From assembly GCA_002498365.1 (NCBI GenBank), contig DAHB01000004.1, positions 123,666 to 187,665 of the forward strand: 64,000 bases of DNA. The letters run 5' to 3'. Shown here one piece after another: positions 1 through 8,961 of this stretch. The first letter of the stretch is position 1. The number at the start of each line of letters is the position of its first letter. The notes under the pieces are model-generated. The model saw only the letters and a list, made by a program, of their open reading frames with translations. It ran no database searches and had not been told where the DNA came from. Both the position numbers and the translations under genes were made by a program. Source of the stretch: Methanomassiliicoccaceae archaeon UBA421. GTDB taxonomy: Archaea; Thermoplasmatota; Thermoplasmata; Methanomassiliicoccales; Methanomethylophilaceae.

Positions 1-285
1 GTTCCTGTAGAATATGCGCGCGAAGGACTCGGCCACGATGCAGGAGAATCCCGCTTCGATGAGCGAGAGGGGCGCGTGCTCCCTGGAGGAGCCGCATCCG
101 AAGTTCTTTCCCGCGACGATCATGTCCCCTTTCCCGACCTGCTGTGCGAACCCGGGCCTCACCTTCTCGAATATGAAATCGTCGAGGTGGTCCAGGTTCG
201 CGGACACCAGGCGCTCGGCGGGGATTATCTGGTCCGTGTCGACGTTGTCGCCGAACCTCCATACTTTTCCTTGGATCTTATCCAT
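1..285 (-). CDS. leuD: 3-isopropylmalate/homoaconitate dehydratase small subunit (LeuD family), partial; runs off the window start
   Basis: Hand translation from the ATG at 283-285 gives MDKIQGKVWRFGDNVDTDQIIPAERL...GKNFGCGSSREHAPLSL, the aconitase swivel-domain signature. The ATG overlaps the leuC stop (ATGA). Confidence 0.85.
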   Translation of the reverse strand, partial: MDKIQGKVWRFGDNVDTDQIIPAERLVSANLDHLDDFIFEKVRPGFAQQVGKGDMIVAGKNFGCGSSREHAPLSLIEAGFSCIVAESFARIFYRN

Positions 286-1550
286 CACTGTCCCTCCAGC
301 TGTTCGGGGGTCACGATCTTTCCCGCGACGGCCGATGCGGCCACCACGGCCGGGCCTGCGAGGTAGACCTCCGAATTCTTGTCCCCCATCCTTCCGATGA
401 AGTTCCTGTTTGTGGACGAGACCGCCTTCTCGCCGGCGGCGAGGATCCCCATGTACCCTCCGAGGCAGGCGCCGCATGTGGGCCCGGAGACGAACGCTCC
501 GGCGTCCAGGAACACCTGCATGATCCCTTCGTCGATCATCTGTCTGAAAACCTTCTGGCTCGCCGGAACGACGAGGAACCTCACTCCGTCCGCGACCTTG
601 CGTCCTTTGACCACCTCCGCCCCGATCCTCATGTCCTCTATGCGCCCGTTGGTGCATGAACCGAGGTAGGCCTGGTCGATCTTGACGTCGGCTTCTTTCA
701 CCGGGCGTCCGTTCTCGGGGAGATGGGGGAAGGCCACCATCGGAACGATCTTCGAGAGGTCGTACCTGAGCACGGAATGGTATTTCGCGTCCTTGTCCGC
801 CTCGACGGCCTTCCATTCCCCTTTAGCGGTCCCCCTGATGTATTCCTCGGTGAGTCTGTCGCAGGGGAATATGCCTCCTTTTCCTCCGGCCTCGATGGCC
901 ATGTTCGAGACCGTGAGACGGTCGGAAACGGATATATTGGCCACTCCCGGTCCGTGGAACTCGAACACCCTGTAGTTGGCGCCGTCGACGCCGATGTCGG
1001 TTATTATCTTGATTATCAGGTCCTTTCCGCATGCTCCGTTGACAAACCCTCCCGTGAGCTCGACCTTGATGGTCTCAGGGACCTTGAACCATAGGCGGCC
1101 GGTGGTGAATGCTGCGCAGGCCTCGGTCGAGCCTATGCCCGTGGAGAACGCGTTGATGCCTCCGTAGGTGCAGGTATGGGAATCAGCCCCAACGATCAGC
1201 CTTCCGGGAGCCGCGAACCCTTCTTCGATCATGACCTGGTGGCAGACGCCCCCCTTCCCTACCTCGTAGTAGTTCTCGATGCCGTGCTTCGAGGCGAACT
1301 CCCTCATCTCCTTTGCCTGCTCAGCGGAAAGGATGTCCTTGTTGGGGACATAGTGGTCGGGTATCAGGACCAGCCTGTCCCTCTTGAGGTCTTTCGTCTT
1401 CAATTTCTCGTATTCTCTGAAGGCTATCGGTCCCGTCACGTCGTTGACCATGACGTAGTCGACGTTGGCGACTACGATCTGGCCCGCGTATGCGTCCGTA
1501 CCTGATTTCTCTGAGAGTATCTTCTCAGCAATTGTCTTTCCCATTATCAT
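285..1550 (-). CDS. leuC: 3-isopropylmalate/homoaconitate dehydratase large subunit (aconitase family)
   Basis: 421-aa ORF. It has aconitase-family motifs (GADSHT, LGSCTNGR, the Cys ligand region GPTCGACLG) and is coupled to leuD. Confidence 0.9.
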   Translation of the reverse strand: MIMGKTIAEKILSEKSGTDAYAGQIVVANVDYVMVNDVTGPIAFREYEKLKTKDLKRDRLVLIPDHYVPNKDILSAEQAKEMREFASKHGIENYYEVGKGGVCHQVMIEEGFAAPGRLIVGADSHTCTYGGINAFSTGIGSTEACAAFTTGRLWFKVPETIKVELTGGFVNGACGKDLIIKIITDIGVDGANYRVFEFHGPGVANISVSDRLTVSNMAIEAGGKGGIFPCDRLTEEYIRGTAKGEWKAVEADKDAKYHSVLRYDLSKIVPMVAFPHLPENGRPVKEADVKIDQAYLGSCTNGRIEDMRIGAEVVKGRKVADGVRFLVVPASQKVFRQMIDEGIMQVFLDAGAFVSGPTCGACLGGYMGILAAGEKAVSSTNRNFIGRMGDKNSEVYLAGPAVVAASAVAGKIVTPEQLEGQ

Positions 1551-3132
1551 TCCTCTGTCTGGCGTAATCCCTGTTTATGGCTGCCATCGTGGCATCCACT
1601 GACGTCTCGACGATGTCCAGTCCTACGGCCTTGCCTACGGACAGGGACCCGTCGCCCTGGACGTTCTTAACCATTACGGTGACCTCGCATATGGAGTCGC
1701 TCTTACCCGTTATGGCGCTCAGCTTGTACTCTTCCATGGACATCTTGTCGTTGACGGCCTTTCTTATGGCTTTGATGGATGCGTCCACCGGACCTACTCC
1801 GGTCTCGGACACGGTCCTTCTCTCGCCCGCGATGTCGACGGTGACTGTAGCGGTAGATGTTATATCTTTCCCGGTGAAGACCGCGAACTGCTCCAGGCTC
1901 ACCGCCCTGTCGGTTATTACCTTCTTCCACATTATGTGGTCGGCTATGGTCAGCAGTTCGGCGTCGTCGATCTGCTTCCCACCGACTGCCATCTCCTTGA
2001 CGGCGGCCATCAGTTCTGTCATATGCTCCTCAGGGAACTTGATCCCCAGTTCGTCCAGCCTGCCCTGCACCGAATGTATGCCCGAATGCTTTCCGATGAC
2101 TATACGCCTGTCCACCCCCACCAGCTCCGGCAGGAACGGCTCGTACGTTGCAGTGTTGCTCATGACGCCGTGGACGTGTATCCCTGATTCGTGGGCGAAG
2201 GCGTTACGTCCGACTATCGGCTTATTGTAGGCCATGGGGAAACCCGTGATACGCTCCACCAGTTTGGACGTCTGCCCTATCTTGGACAGGTCCACGGTCT
2301 CGATGCCGTAGTTGGCGAACAGGTTCAGAGCGACCTCTTCCAGGGCCGCGTTGCCGGTCCTCTCCCCTATGCCGTTGACGCATACATGGCATATCTTCGC
2401 TCCCGCCTCCACCGCCGCGATGGAGTTGGCCACTGCCAGCCCCATGTCGTTGTGGCAGTGGACCGCGATGGGCACCTTCACTACCTTCCTTATCTCGGAT
2501 ATCAGGTACGACATCGCCCTTGGTGTGATCACTCCCACCGTGTCGGGGATGTTGATGGAGTCCGCGCCCGCGTCCTGTACGGCCGTCAGCACTTCCTTCA
2601 TGAAGCCCAGGTCGCTGCGGGTGGCGTCTTCGCAGGAGAACTGGACTTTGAGGCCGTGGTCTTTGGCGTACTCGACCGTCCGGACCGCTCTTTCCTTCAC
2701 CTGTTCGGGCGTCATCTTCAGCTTATACTTCATGTGCAGCTCCGAGGTCGCTATGAACGTGTGGATGGAGTCCAGCCCTGTGTCTATGACCGCATCTATA
2801 TCCGACATTGTGCTGCGGGACAGGCTGTACACCTTCGCGTCCAGCCTGCGGGCCGCGATCTTCTTCAGGGTCTCTTTCTCTGATTCGGAAGAGGCCGCGA
2901 AGCCCGCCTCGATCATGTCGACACCGAGGTCGTCCAGTGCCGCGGCTATACGGATCTTGTCCTCGGGGCCCATCGCGATCCCGGGGGCCTGTTCTCCGTC
3001 CCTCAGGGTGGTGTCGAATATCATGACACCTTCGATGTGCTCAGTGCCCTCGAGCGCAATCTTGTTGTATGGGCTCACGGCGAGCATTTTTTCCATATCC
3101 CTAGCGCTTACACTGGTTTGTTTAGTTTTCAT
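1525..3132 (-). CDS. leuA: 2-isopropylmalate synthase / (R)-citramalate synthase family (the two cannot be separated by eye)
   Basis: FDTTLRDGEQ and HCHNDMGLAVANS motifs plus a C-terminal LeuA-dimer-like region. The ATG at 3130-3132 (MKTKQ) is preferred over the TTG at 3144. Confidence 0.85.
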   Translation of the reverse strand: MKTKQTSVSARDMEKMLAVSPYNKIALEGTEHIEGVMIFDTTLRDGEQAPGIAMGPEDKIRIAAALDDLGVDMIEAGFAASSESEKETLKKIAARRLDAKVYSLSRSTMSDIDAVIDTGLDSIHTFIATSELHMKYKLKMTPEQVKERAVRTVEYAKDHGLKVQFSCEDATRSDLGFMKEVLTAVQDAGADSINIPDTVGVITPRAMSYLISEIRKVVKVPIAVHCHNDMGLAVANSIAAVEAGAKICHVCVNGIGERTGNAALEEVALNLFANYGIETVDLSKIGQTSKLVERITGFPMAYNKPIVGRNAFAHESGIHVHGVMSNTATYEPFLPELVGVDRRIVIGKHSGIHSVQGRLDELGIKFPEEHMTELMAAVKEMAVGGKQIDDAELLTIADHIMWKKVITDRAVSLEQFAVFTGKDITSTATVTVDIAGERRTVSETGVGPVDASIKAIRKAVNDKMSMEEYKLSAITGKSDSICEVTVMVKNVQGDGSLSVGKAVGLDIVETSVDATMAAINRDYARQRNDNGKDNC

Positions 3133-3298
3133 AAAAACCACCAAACCGTCATAGCTCGCACTGACTTACTCGATAAGTAGGAGTCCGACGTGCTGTGCGA
3201 AGATCATTTCATGACCTCTGACGGTTGGATTCTGATTAGAAACAGCATATATAAATATTAGGTCGCAGGCCGGGCCCTAGGCGGGTTCGCGGGGGACC

Positions 3299-3601
3299 TC
3301 AGTCCCGTCTGCGCTCCTTTTCCTTCCTCTCGGAGACGACCTTCTTGTACGCTTCTTTTTCGGCGGCCTCCTGCGCCTTCAGTTCGCCGATGAACTTGCG
3401 CAGGTCTTCCTTCGCATCCGCGCGCTCTTCCTTGGGCAGCTCTCCGATCTGCCTGCGGCGCTTCTTGACCGCAGCCTTGTTGCGACATCTGTTGTCGGAA
3501 AGCCTGTTCTTCATTTCGGCCTCATCCTTCCGACGGTATGCGGCGATGGCCGCATGTCTCTCTTTCGCCTTGGCGCCGCTTTTGATCTCCTTTTTCGCCA
3601 C
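3299..3601 (-). CDS. hypothetical highly charged Lys/Arg/Glu-rich protein (100 aa)
   Basis: Intact ORF in an otherwise empty gap. Its composition is coiled-coil-like. No family was recognised. Confidence 0.45.
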   Translation of the reverse strand: MAKKEIKSGAKAKERHAAIAAYRRKDEAEMKNRLSDNRCRNKAAVKKRRRQIGELPKEERADAKEDLRKFIGELKAQEAAEKEAYKKVVSERKEKERRRD

Positions 3602-3694
3602 CAGAAACCACCCGGGAATGACGAAGATGAGGGAATGGAGTTATAACATGTTGGTATAGAAGGGTAAAATGTTTGAAGGGATCTCAACCGCGCA

Positions 3695-4084
3695 TCACTG
3701 GTTGGACTTCCAGACGCTGTGGACGTTGCAGAGCTCCCTTGCGGTGATCTCTTTCGCATCTGTCTCAAAGAAGGCCTCGGGCTTGTCGCCGGGCTTAAGA
3801 TAGCTGCGCATGAGCAGTCCGTCCGCGCATATCTCGATGTAGACGATATAATGCTCCGGAGTCATCGGATGTGCTGTCTCCTTTCCGACCTTGACGAGCA
3901 CTCCTCCGTCCTTCTTCTCGATGTACGGCACATGCTTCTCGAGAGCGAAATCCGCAGACCTGATCTCGACGAGCTCCATGACCTCGTCACAGCAGGACAG
4001 CGCGCCCTTTCCCGCATATAGGACCTCTACGTAGTTTCCGCACTTTTTGCAATGATATACTGCTCTGAACTTTGCCATGATCAA
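3695..4084 (-). CDS. dfx: desulfoferrodoxin (2Fe superoxide reductase)
   Basis: N-terminal desulforedoxin-like CKKCG...CC motif plus an SOR domain with HPM..EHYI.YIE and a C-terminal C..H. Confidence 0.9.
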   Translation of the reverse strand: MIMAKFRAVYHCKKCGNYVEVLYAGKGALSCCDEVMELVEIRSADFALEKHVPYIEKKDGGVLVKVGKETAHPMTPEHYIVYIEICADGLLMRSYLKPGDKPEAFFETDAKEITARELCNVHSVWKSNQ

Positions 4085-4181
4085 CCTCCATATGAACTCT
4101 ATTTAAGACCGTATAATACTTTCTATGGAACGTATAACAGCATTAACTGTTATTACAGTCCATAGTCTGGCACAATGATAT

Positions 4182-4727
4182 TTACAAGGACGCCGCCGAC
4201 GATATCGAAGATATGAACCCTCTGCATTCTTCCCTGATTTCGGAGGGCGATTTCGAGTCGGTACCGGATATCCTGAGGTCTCCGAGCCATTTGGAACCTG
4301 CCGTTATGGCCAGCGCCTTGAAGACATACATCGCGCCCCTGAACTCGGGTTCCGCGTCGCCTCCGCACATCATGCAGGCCATGTACCTGGGCCCCGCCGA
4401 ACCCCGGGGCCACAGCGTCTGGAACCGGTCGATGACGGTTTTCATCACAGAAGATGGGCCGCTGTAATGGATCGGGGTGCACATGATCACAATGTCCGAG
4501 GTCTCGAAGGAATCGTATATCCGGCTCATGTCGTCATCAATCACGCACCCTCGGCCGTTCTCGCAGGAACCGCACCCGGTGCAGTGCGAGATGTCCATGT
4601 TAATCGGGTATACCACCTCCACGCCGAAACCCCTGGCCAGGAACCCCTCCCGGGCCTCGGAGCACATGGTATATGTGAACCCGCTCCTGCTTCCGCAGGC
4701 GCAGATTATCAAAACCTTCCTTTCCAC
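4182..4727 (-). CDS. isf: iron-sulfur flavoprotein (Isf; NADPH-dependent FMN reductase fold)
   Basis: Flavodoxin-like N-terminus and the compact Cys motif C-x2-C-x2-C-x5-C (CTGCGSCENGRGC) typical of Isf. Confidence 0.8.
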   Translation of the reverse strand: MERKVLIICACGSRSGFTYTMCSEAREGFLARGFGVEVVYPINMDISHCTGCGSCENGRGCVIDDDMSRIYDSFETSDIVIMCTPIHYSGPSSVMKTVIDRFQTLWPRGSAGPRYMACMMCGGDAEPEFRGAMYVFKALAITAGSKWLGDLRISGTDSKSPSEIREECRGFISSISSAASL

Positions 4728-4789
4728 GGCATCTTATCGGTGTGTTCCTTTTATATGTTTCAGATTATCATGTCATAGGGACGATAAAC

Positions 4790-5845
4790 ATGGATGCCTT
4801 TGACAAAGCCAAGATTATGGAATTTCCGAGAAGCGTCCTTATCGGCCATGACGTCCTTGACAGACTGCCTGAGATGTGCGCTTCCTTCAGATTCGGTAAG
4901 GCCGGACTGATGGTGACCGGCGGGAACACCTACTCGGTTGCCGGAAAGGCCATCGAAGACTACATGTCCGGCAAGTACGAGGTCAGCGTGCTTAAGACGG
5001 GTAACGCGACCCTGGAGAGCCTCGAAGAGGTCAAGGCCGCGGCCGCCGAGACAAAATCCACCTTCATTCTGGCAGTGGGCGGCGGTAGCAAGATCGACCT
5101 GTCCAAAATAGCGTCGGACGACCTTGGAATACCTTTCATCAGCATACCGACCAACGCGGCCCACGACGGCATGGCCTCGGACCGGGCTACGCTCAAGATG
5201 GATATGGGGCCGCAGTCCGTCTCGGCCGCCTCTCCCCTGGGGGTGCTGGCGGATACCCACGTCATATGCCAGTCCCCCTACAGGTTCCTGGCCTCAGGGT
5301 GCGCCGATGTCATTTCAAACCTTACGGCCCTCAAGGACTGGGAGTTCGCCAGAAGGCTTAGGAACGAGGATTTCAGCCGTTCGGCCTATTCGCTTTCGCT
5401 ATACGCCGCAGAGACCATAATGGAAAACTCGGAGCTCATACGCCCGGACCTCGAGGAGAGCGTCTGGATAGCCCTGAGGCCGATAATAATCTCCGGAATA
5501 TCCATGAGCGTCGCGGGAAGCTCCAGGCCCACTAGCGGATCGGAGCACATGTTCTCCCACGCCATAGATATAATGTATCCCGGACGTGCGATGCACGGGG
5601 AGCAGTGCGGAGTCGGGTCCATCATGATGATGTATCTGCACGGCGGAGACTGGAAGGTCATCAGGGACGCCCTCGACAACATCGGGGCGCCCACCACCGG
5701 AAGGCAGATCGGATTGAAGGACGAAGAGGTCATAGAGGCGCTGACCGTGGCCGCCGGGATACGCAAGGACAGGTTCACGATACTCGGCAACGGCATAAAC
5801 CGCGAGACCGCCGCCAAAGTCGCCAAGGCCACAGGGGTCATCTGA
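4790..5845 (+). CDS. egsA: sn-glycerol-1-phosphate dehydrogenase
   Basis: Iron-ADH/DHQS-like fold, GGGS.ID..K glycine-rich motif, and length and pattern typical of archaeal EgsA. The ORF opens with GTG at 4742; the ATG at 4790 (MDAFDK) is preferred. Confidence 0.85.
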   Translation: MDAFDKAKIMEFPRSVLIGHDVLDRLPEMCASFRFGKAGLMVTGGNTYSVAGKAIEDYMSGKYEVSVLKTGNATLESLEEVKAAAAETKSTFILAVGGGSKIDLSKIASDDLGIPFISIPTNAAHDGMASDRATLKMDMGPQSVSAASPLGVLADTHVICQSPYRFLASGCADVISNLTALKDWEFARRLRNEDFSRSAYSLSLYAAETIMENSELIRPDLEESVWIALRPIIISGISMSVAGSSRPTSGSEHMFSHAIDIMYPGRAMHGEQCGVGSIMMMYLHGGDWKVIRDALDNIGAPTTGRQIGLKDEEVIEALTVAAGIRKDRFTILGNGINRETAAKVAKATGVI

Positions 5846-5854
5846 GGTATAGAA

Positions 5855-6280
5855 ATGGTCACCATCACGTTTGTATCGGATAATTCTGCAAAGGAGGGGT
5901 TCGGGTTCTACTACCTCGGGCCGATGGACGGATGCCGGGACTGTAAGCTCAAGAGCGTATGCCTGAATCTGGAGAGGGGCTCCCTCTACCGCGTCAAGGC
6001 GCTGAGGTCTCAGGTCCACGACTGTCCGGAGACAGGGGATAAGCTTAGGGTCGTAGAGGTGGAGAAGACGACCATCCCCGCGGCGATGCCCAAGAAGAAC
6101 GCCATCGAAGGCGGCAAGGTCACCTTCCAGGAGATAGACTGCAAGATGAAGTGCTGCGCCAACTGGTTCAGGTGCCACCCTCCGTCGGGGATCGGCGGAG
6201 AGAAGCTGACCGTCAAGACCGTAGAGGGCGATACCGACTGCCCCTTCGGGGAGACGGTGGTCCTGGTCCAGCTCTTCTGA
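5855..6280 (+). CDS. UPF0179-family archaeal Cys-rich protein
   Basis: 141 aa. Matches the remembered UPF0179 pattern (GP..GC.DCKLK.VCLNLE.G..Y.V...R...H.C). Confidence 0.7.
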   Translation: MVTITFVSDNSAKEGFGFYYLGPMDGCRDCKLKSVCLNLERGSLYRVKALRSQVHDCPETGDKLRVVEVEKTTIPAAMPKKNAIEGGKVTFQEIDCKMKCCANWFRCHPPSGIGGEKLTVKTVEGDTDCPFGETVVLVQLF

Positions 6281-7183
6281 TCAGAACTTCTCCCCGGTTA
6301 TCCTCTCGTACATGCCGACGTACAGCTTGCTCGTGCGGTCAACGATGTCCTGCGGGAGGGGAGGTATGTCCGGCTCTGAAAGCCCTTTCTCGCGGGCCTC
6401 CATCAGCTTTGCGTGGTATCCGGTCTCGCGGTAGTACTGTCGGACGAACTCCTTCGACAGCTCTGCCACCTTGCCCTTCCTGTACTCCTCCGCGTCCCAC
6501 CAGCGGTCCTCGTCCAGGGTCCCGAATGTGTCCAGCACCATGAGCTTACGATCCTTGTCGTAACCGAACTCCTTCTTTCCGTCGCAGTGGATGAGACCTC
6601 GTTTATCCGCCTCTTCGGAGATTATGCCGTCTATCTTCAGCACGGTGGCCTTTATCTCATCGTACTCTGTGTCGCTGAGCCCGGCCATCTTCTTTGCTTC
6701 GGCGTCGGTCAGGTTCATATCGTGCTCTTCAAGTTTGGTGGTAGCCTCCAGGAAGGGCCTGGGGAGCTTTTCTCCGTATTTCACGGTGTGTCCCTTGGGG
6801 AATCCCAGCTGTTCGGCTGTGACCTTCCCGTCCTTAATGCGGTCCATCAGAGAACCTGCCGCATAGTGCCTGCAGATGATCTCCAGGGGGATCAGGTAGT
6901 TGACGGTGCTGCCGTCGATCTTGCTGTAGTCCCTGATAATGTCGACCCTCTTCACCCTCATCCTGTCCGGGGCGGGCTCGCTAATGTAGTGATTGTGGAC
7001 CCCTTTCTCGGTCAGCAGATCGAACCAGAACTTGGCCGTCCTGCAGAGCGTCTCGCCCTTGTGCGGGATCTTTGAAGGGATTATCTTATCGAAAACCGAG
7101 ATATTGTCCGTGTAGGCGAACTCCAGCGTGTCATCGTCTACGCTGTAGACCTCTTTGACCTTCCCGGTCATTATTTTCTCCAT
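6281..7183 (-). CDS. purC: phosphoribosylaminoimidazole-succinocarboxamide (SAICAR) synthase
   Basis: GKVKEVY...TDNISVFD...IP.KG signature; 300 aa. Confidence 0.92.
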   Translation of the reverse strand: MEKIMTGKVKEVYSVDDDTLEFAYTDNISVFDKIIPSKIPHKGETLCRTAKFWFDLLTEKGVHNHYISEPAPDRMRVKRVDIIRDYSKIDGSTVNYLIPLEIICRHYAAGSLMDRIKDGKVTAEQLGFPKGHTVKYGEKLPRPFLEATTKLEEHDMNLTDAEAKKMAGLSDTEYDEIKATVLKIDGIISEEADKRGLIHCDGKKEFGYDKDRKLMVLDTFGTLDEDRWWDAEEYRKGKVAELSKEFVRQYYRETGYHAKLMEAREKGLSEPDIPPLPQDIVDRTSKLYVGMYERITGEKF

Positions 7184-7214
7184 ATCAGCCCGAACGGATG
7201 ATGGATATTTATTT

Positions 7215-7925
7215 TCAGCGAGAAGACCGCGAACTTCCGCATACCGGACAGTCGGGGTCCGGGTTGATGGCCACGGTGTCGTATTCGTTCGTGCCAGCGA
7301 ACATGGTGAACATCTTTCCCGCGGTGGTATCTCCGATACCGGTTATGTGCTTGACTATGTCCGAGGCCTGTACAGATGCGATGATGGAAACCACCGGTGC
7401 GAAAGAGTCCGGTATTCGGCCGTCGGAGCCTCTCAGTATGCAACGGAGACAGGGGGTTTTCCCGGGAACCACGAAGGTTGCCTGACCGTAGAATCCGTCA
7501 ATACCGCCATGTGCCAGAGGTATGTTTTTAGAAACGGCGTATCTGTTGACTACAAGACGCGAACCGATGGTGTCCAGGCAGTCGGCGATCACATCGCATT
7601 CCCCCAGGGCCTCGGATACGTTGTTTTCATCGATGAATCCGTTAAATATCTCGATCTCCAGGCCGGGATCGACCTCTCCGAGCCTTTCGGCCAGGATTTC
7701 TGTCTTGAAACCCTCTCTGCCGGAATAGAAGAACTGCCTGTTCAGATCGCTTTCCGAAGGGGTGCCGCAGTCTATCAGCCTTATCTTCCCGACACCTGCG
7801 GACGCCAGAAGCAACGATGCGTAAGTACCCAGGCCTCCGCATCCCGCAACGGAGACGGCGGCCTCGGAAAGTTTTCTCTGGCCTTCGGGGCCGAATAGCT
7901 TCTCCTGCCTGGAATGCCTGCTCAT
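7215..7925 (-). CDS. ThiF/MoeB/UbaA-type E1-like adenylyltransferase
   Basis: RQ..L.G..GQ..L, GCGGLG Rossmann motif, D.D....NL.RQ-like segment and a C-terminal CP.CG zinc motif. Confidence 0.8.
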   Translation of the reverse strand: MSRHSRQEKLFGPEGQRKLSEAAVSVAGCGGLGTYASLLLASAGVGKIRLIDCGTPSESDLNRQFFYSGREGFKTEILAERLGEVDPGLEIEIFNGFIDENNVSEALGECDVIADCLDTIGSRLVVNRYAVSKNIPLAHGGIDGFYGQATFVVPGKTPCLRCILRGSDGRIPDSFAPVVSIIASVQASDIVKHITGIGDTTAGKMFTMFAGTNEYDTVAINPDPDCPVCGSSRSSR

Positions 7926-8401
7926 ATCTTCTCCGCGATGAAGTCGGCCAGCAACTCGAAGACCGCTTCAGCGGTCTGTTCTCTGACCTCGTCCCTTGTG
8001 CCTTCGAAGCATTTCGTGAATGCGAGGGAGCGCCTTCCGTCGGTAATCCCGATGCATACTGTGCCGACGGGCTTGCGATGGGTGCCTCCTCCGGGTCCGG
8101 CTATGCCCGTCACGGACGCGGCGTAATCCGAAAGGAACGTTTTGGCCGCACCCTCGGCCATCTCGATGGCCGTTTCTTCGCTGACTGCGCCGGGCTTTAC
8201 AAGAATATCTTGAGAAACACCTAGGACCCGGGCCTTGGATGTGTTGCTGTATGTCACCGCGCATCCGAGGAAATAATCGGATGAACCGGGAGACTGCGTT
8301 ATCTTCGCGGATATAAGGCCGCCTGTGCAGGATTCGGCCAGAGAGAGCGTGGAACCGGTGGACCTGAGGGCGGAGGACATCCTCCGAAAGGCCGAGGTCA
8401 T
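7922..8401 (-). CDS. CinA C-terminal-domain protein (nicotinamide-nucleotide amidase PncC-like)
   Basis: [21 protein letters not shown] signature. The ATG at 8399-8401 forms an ATGA overlap with the nadM stop. Confidence 0.8.
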   Translation of the reverse strand: MTSAFRRMSSALRSTGSTLSLAESCTGGLISAKITQSPGSSDYFLGCAVTYSNTSKARVLGVSQDILVKPGAVSEETAIEMAEGAAKTFLSDYAASVTGIAGPGGGTHRKPVGTVCIGITDGRRSLAFTKCFEGTRDEVREQTAEAVFELLADFIAEKI

Positions 8402-8931
8402 AGGTTCCCACCGCATATGCCCTTGATGCGGCCCACGCCGTCTATCTCGTCTATCACTTCAGCCACGGCCCCGGGGACCAGCGTGCGCCAGTCTTCTTCG
8501 GCCACGATCCTCCTGCGCACCTCCGTGCCGGAATATTCGTCCCTGTTGTACATCGGGGACTCCCTGATGCTGTAACCCGACTCCTCGAAGAGGCGGCGGG
8601 TGAAGGGATTGTTGCTGTACACGTATGAGAAGGGCGGGGACATGGACGCCACATGCGCTACCCAGACGGAATAACGGTTTATGTCTTCGATAGGCACGAT
8701 GCAATAGTTTTCTATCCCTTCATCGAACAGGGTGTTCTCGATCATCAGGTACCGCTCTCCGGCCGTGAAAGGATTCTCAGGAGAGTGGGAGTACTGGGCG
8801 CTGCCTATCCCGATCGTCAGATTGTCAGATTCGGAAGCGCACTGGCGTATCACCTCGAGATGGCCTTTGTGGAGAGGCTGGAACCTGCCTATCATCAGCG
8901 AATAGTTGTCGTACCCGTGTCCTCCGGACAT
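8398..8931 (-). CDS. nadM: nicotinamide-nucleotide adenylyltransferase, archaeal type
   Basis: [10 protein letters not shown] (HxGH nucleotidyltransferase motif); about 175 aa, typical of archaeal NMNAT. Confidence 0.85.
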   Translation of the reverse strand: MSGGHGYDNYSLMIGRFQPLHKGHLEVIRQCASESDNLTIGIGSAQYSHSPENPFTAGERYLMIENTLFDEGIENYCIVPIEDINRYSVWVAHVASMSPPFSYVYSNNPFTRRLFEESGYSIRESPMYNRDEYSGTEVRRRIVAEEDWRTLVPGAVAEVIDEIDGVGRIKGICGGNL

Positions 8932-8961
8932 GATAAGTGATATCTCTCCTGGGTTAAAGCG

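Noticed and set aside
14-400. Plus-strand ORFs of 128 and 96 aa at the window start.
   Set aside because: They are antisense to the clearly identifiable leuD/leuC genes, and their composition (Pro/Arg/Ser-rich) is non-protein-like.
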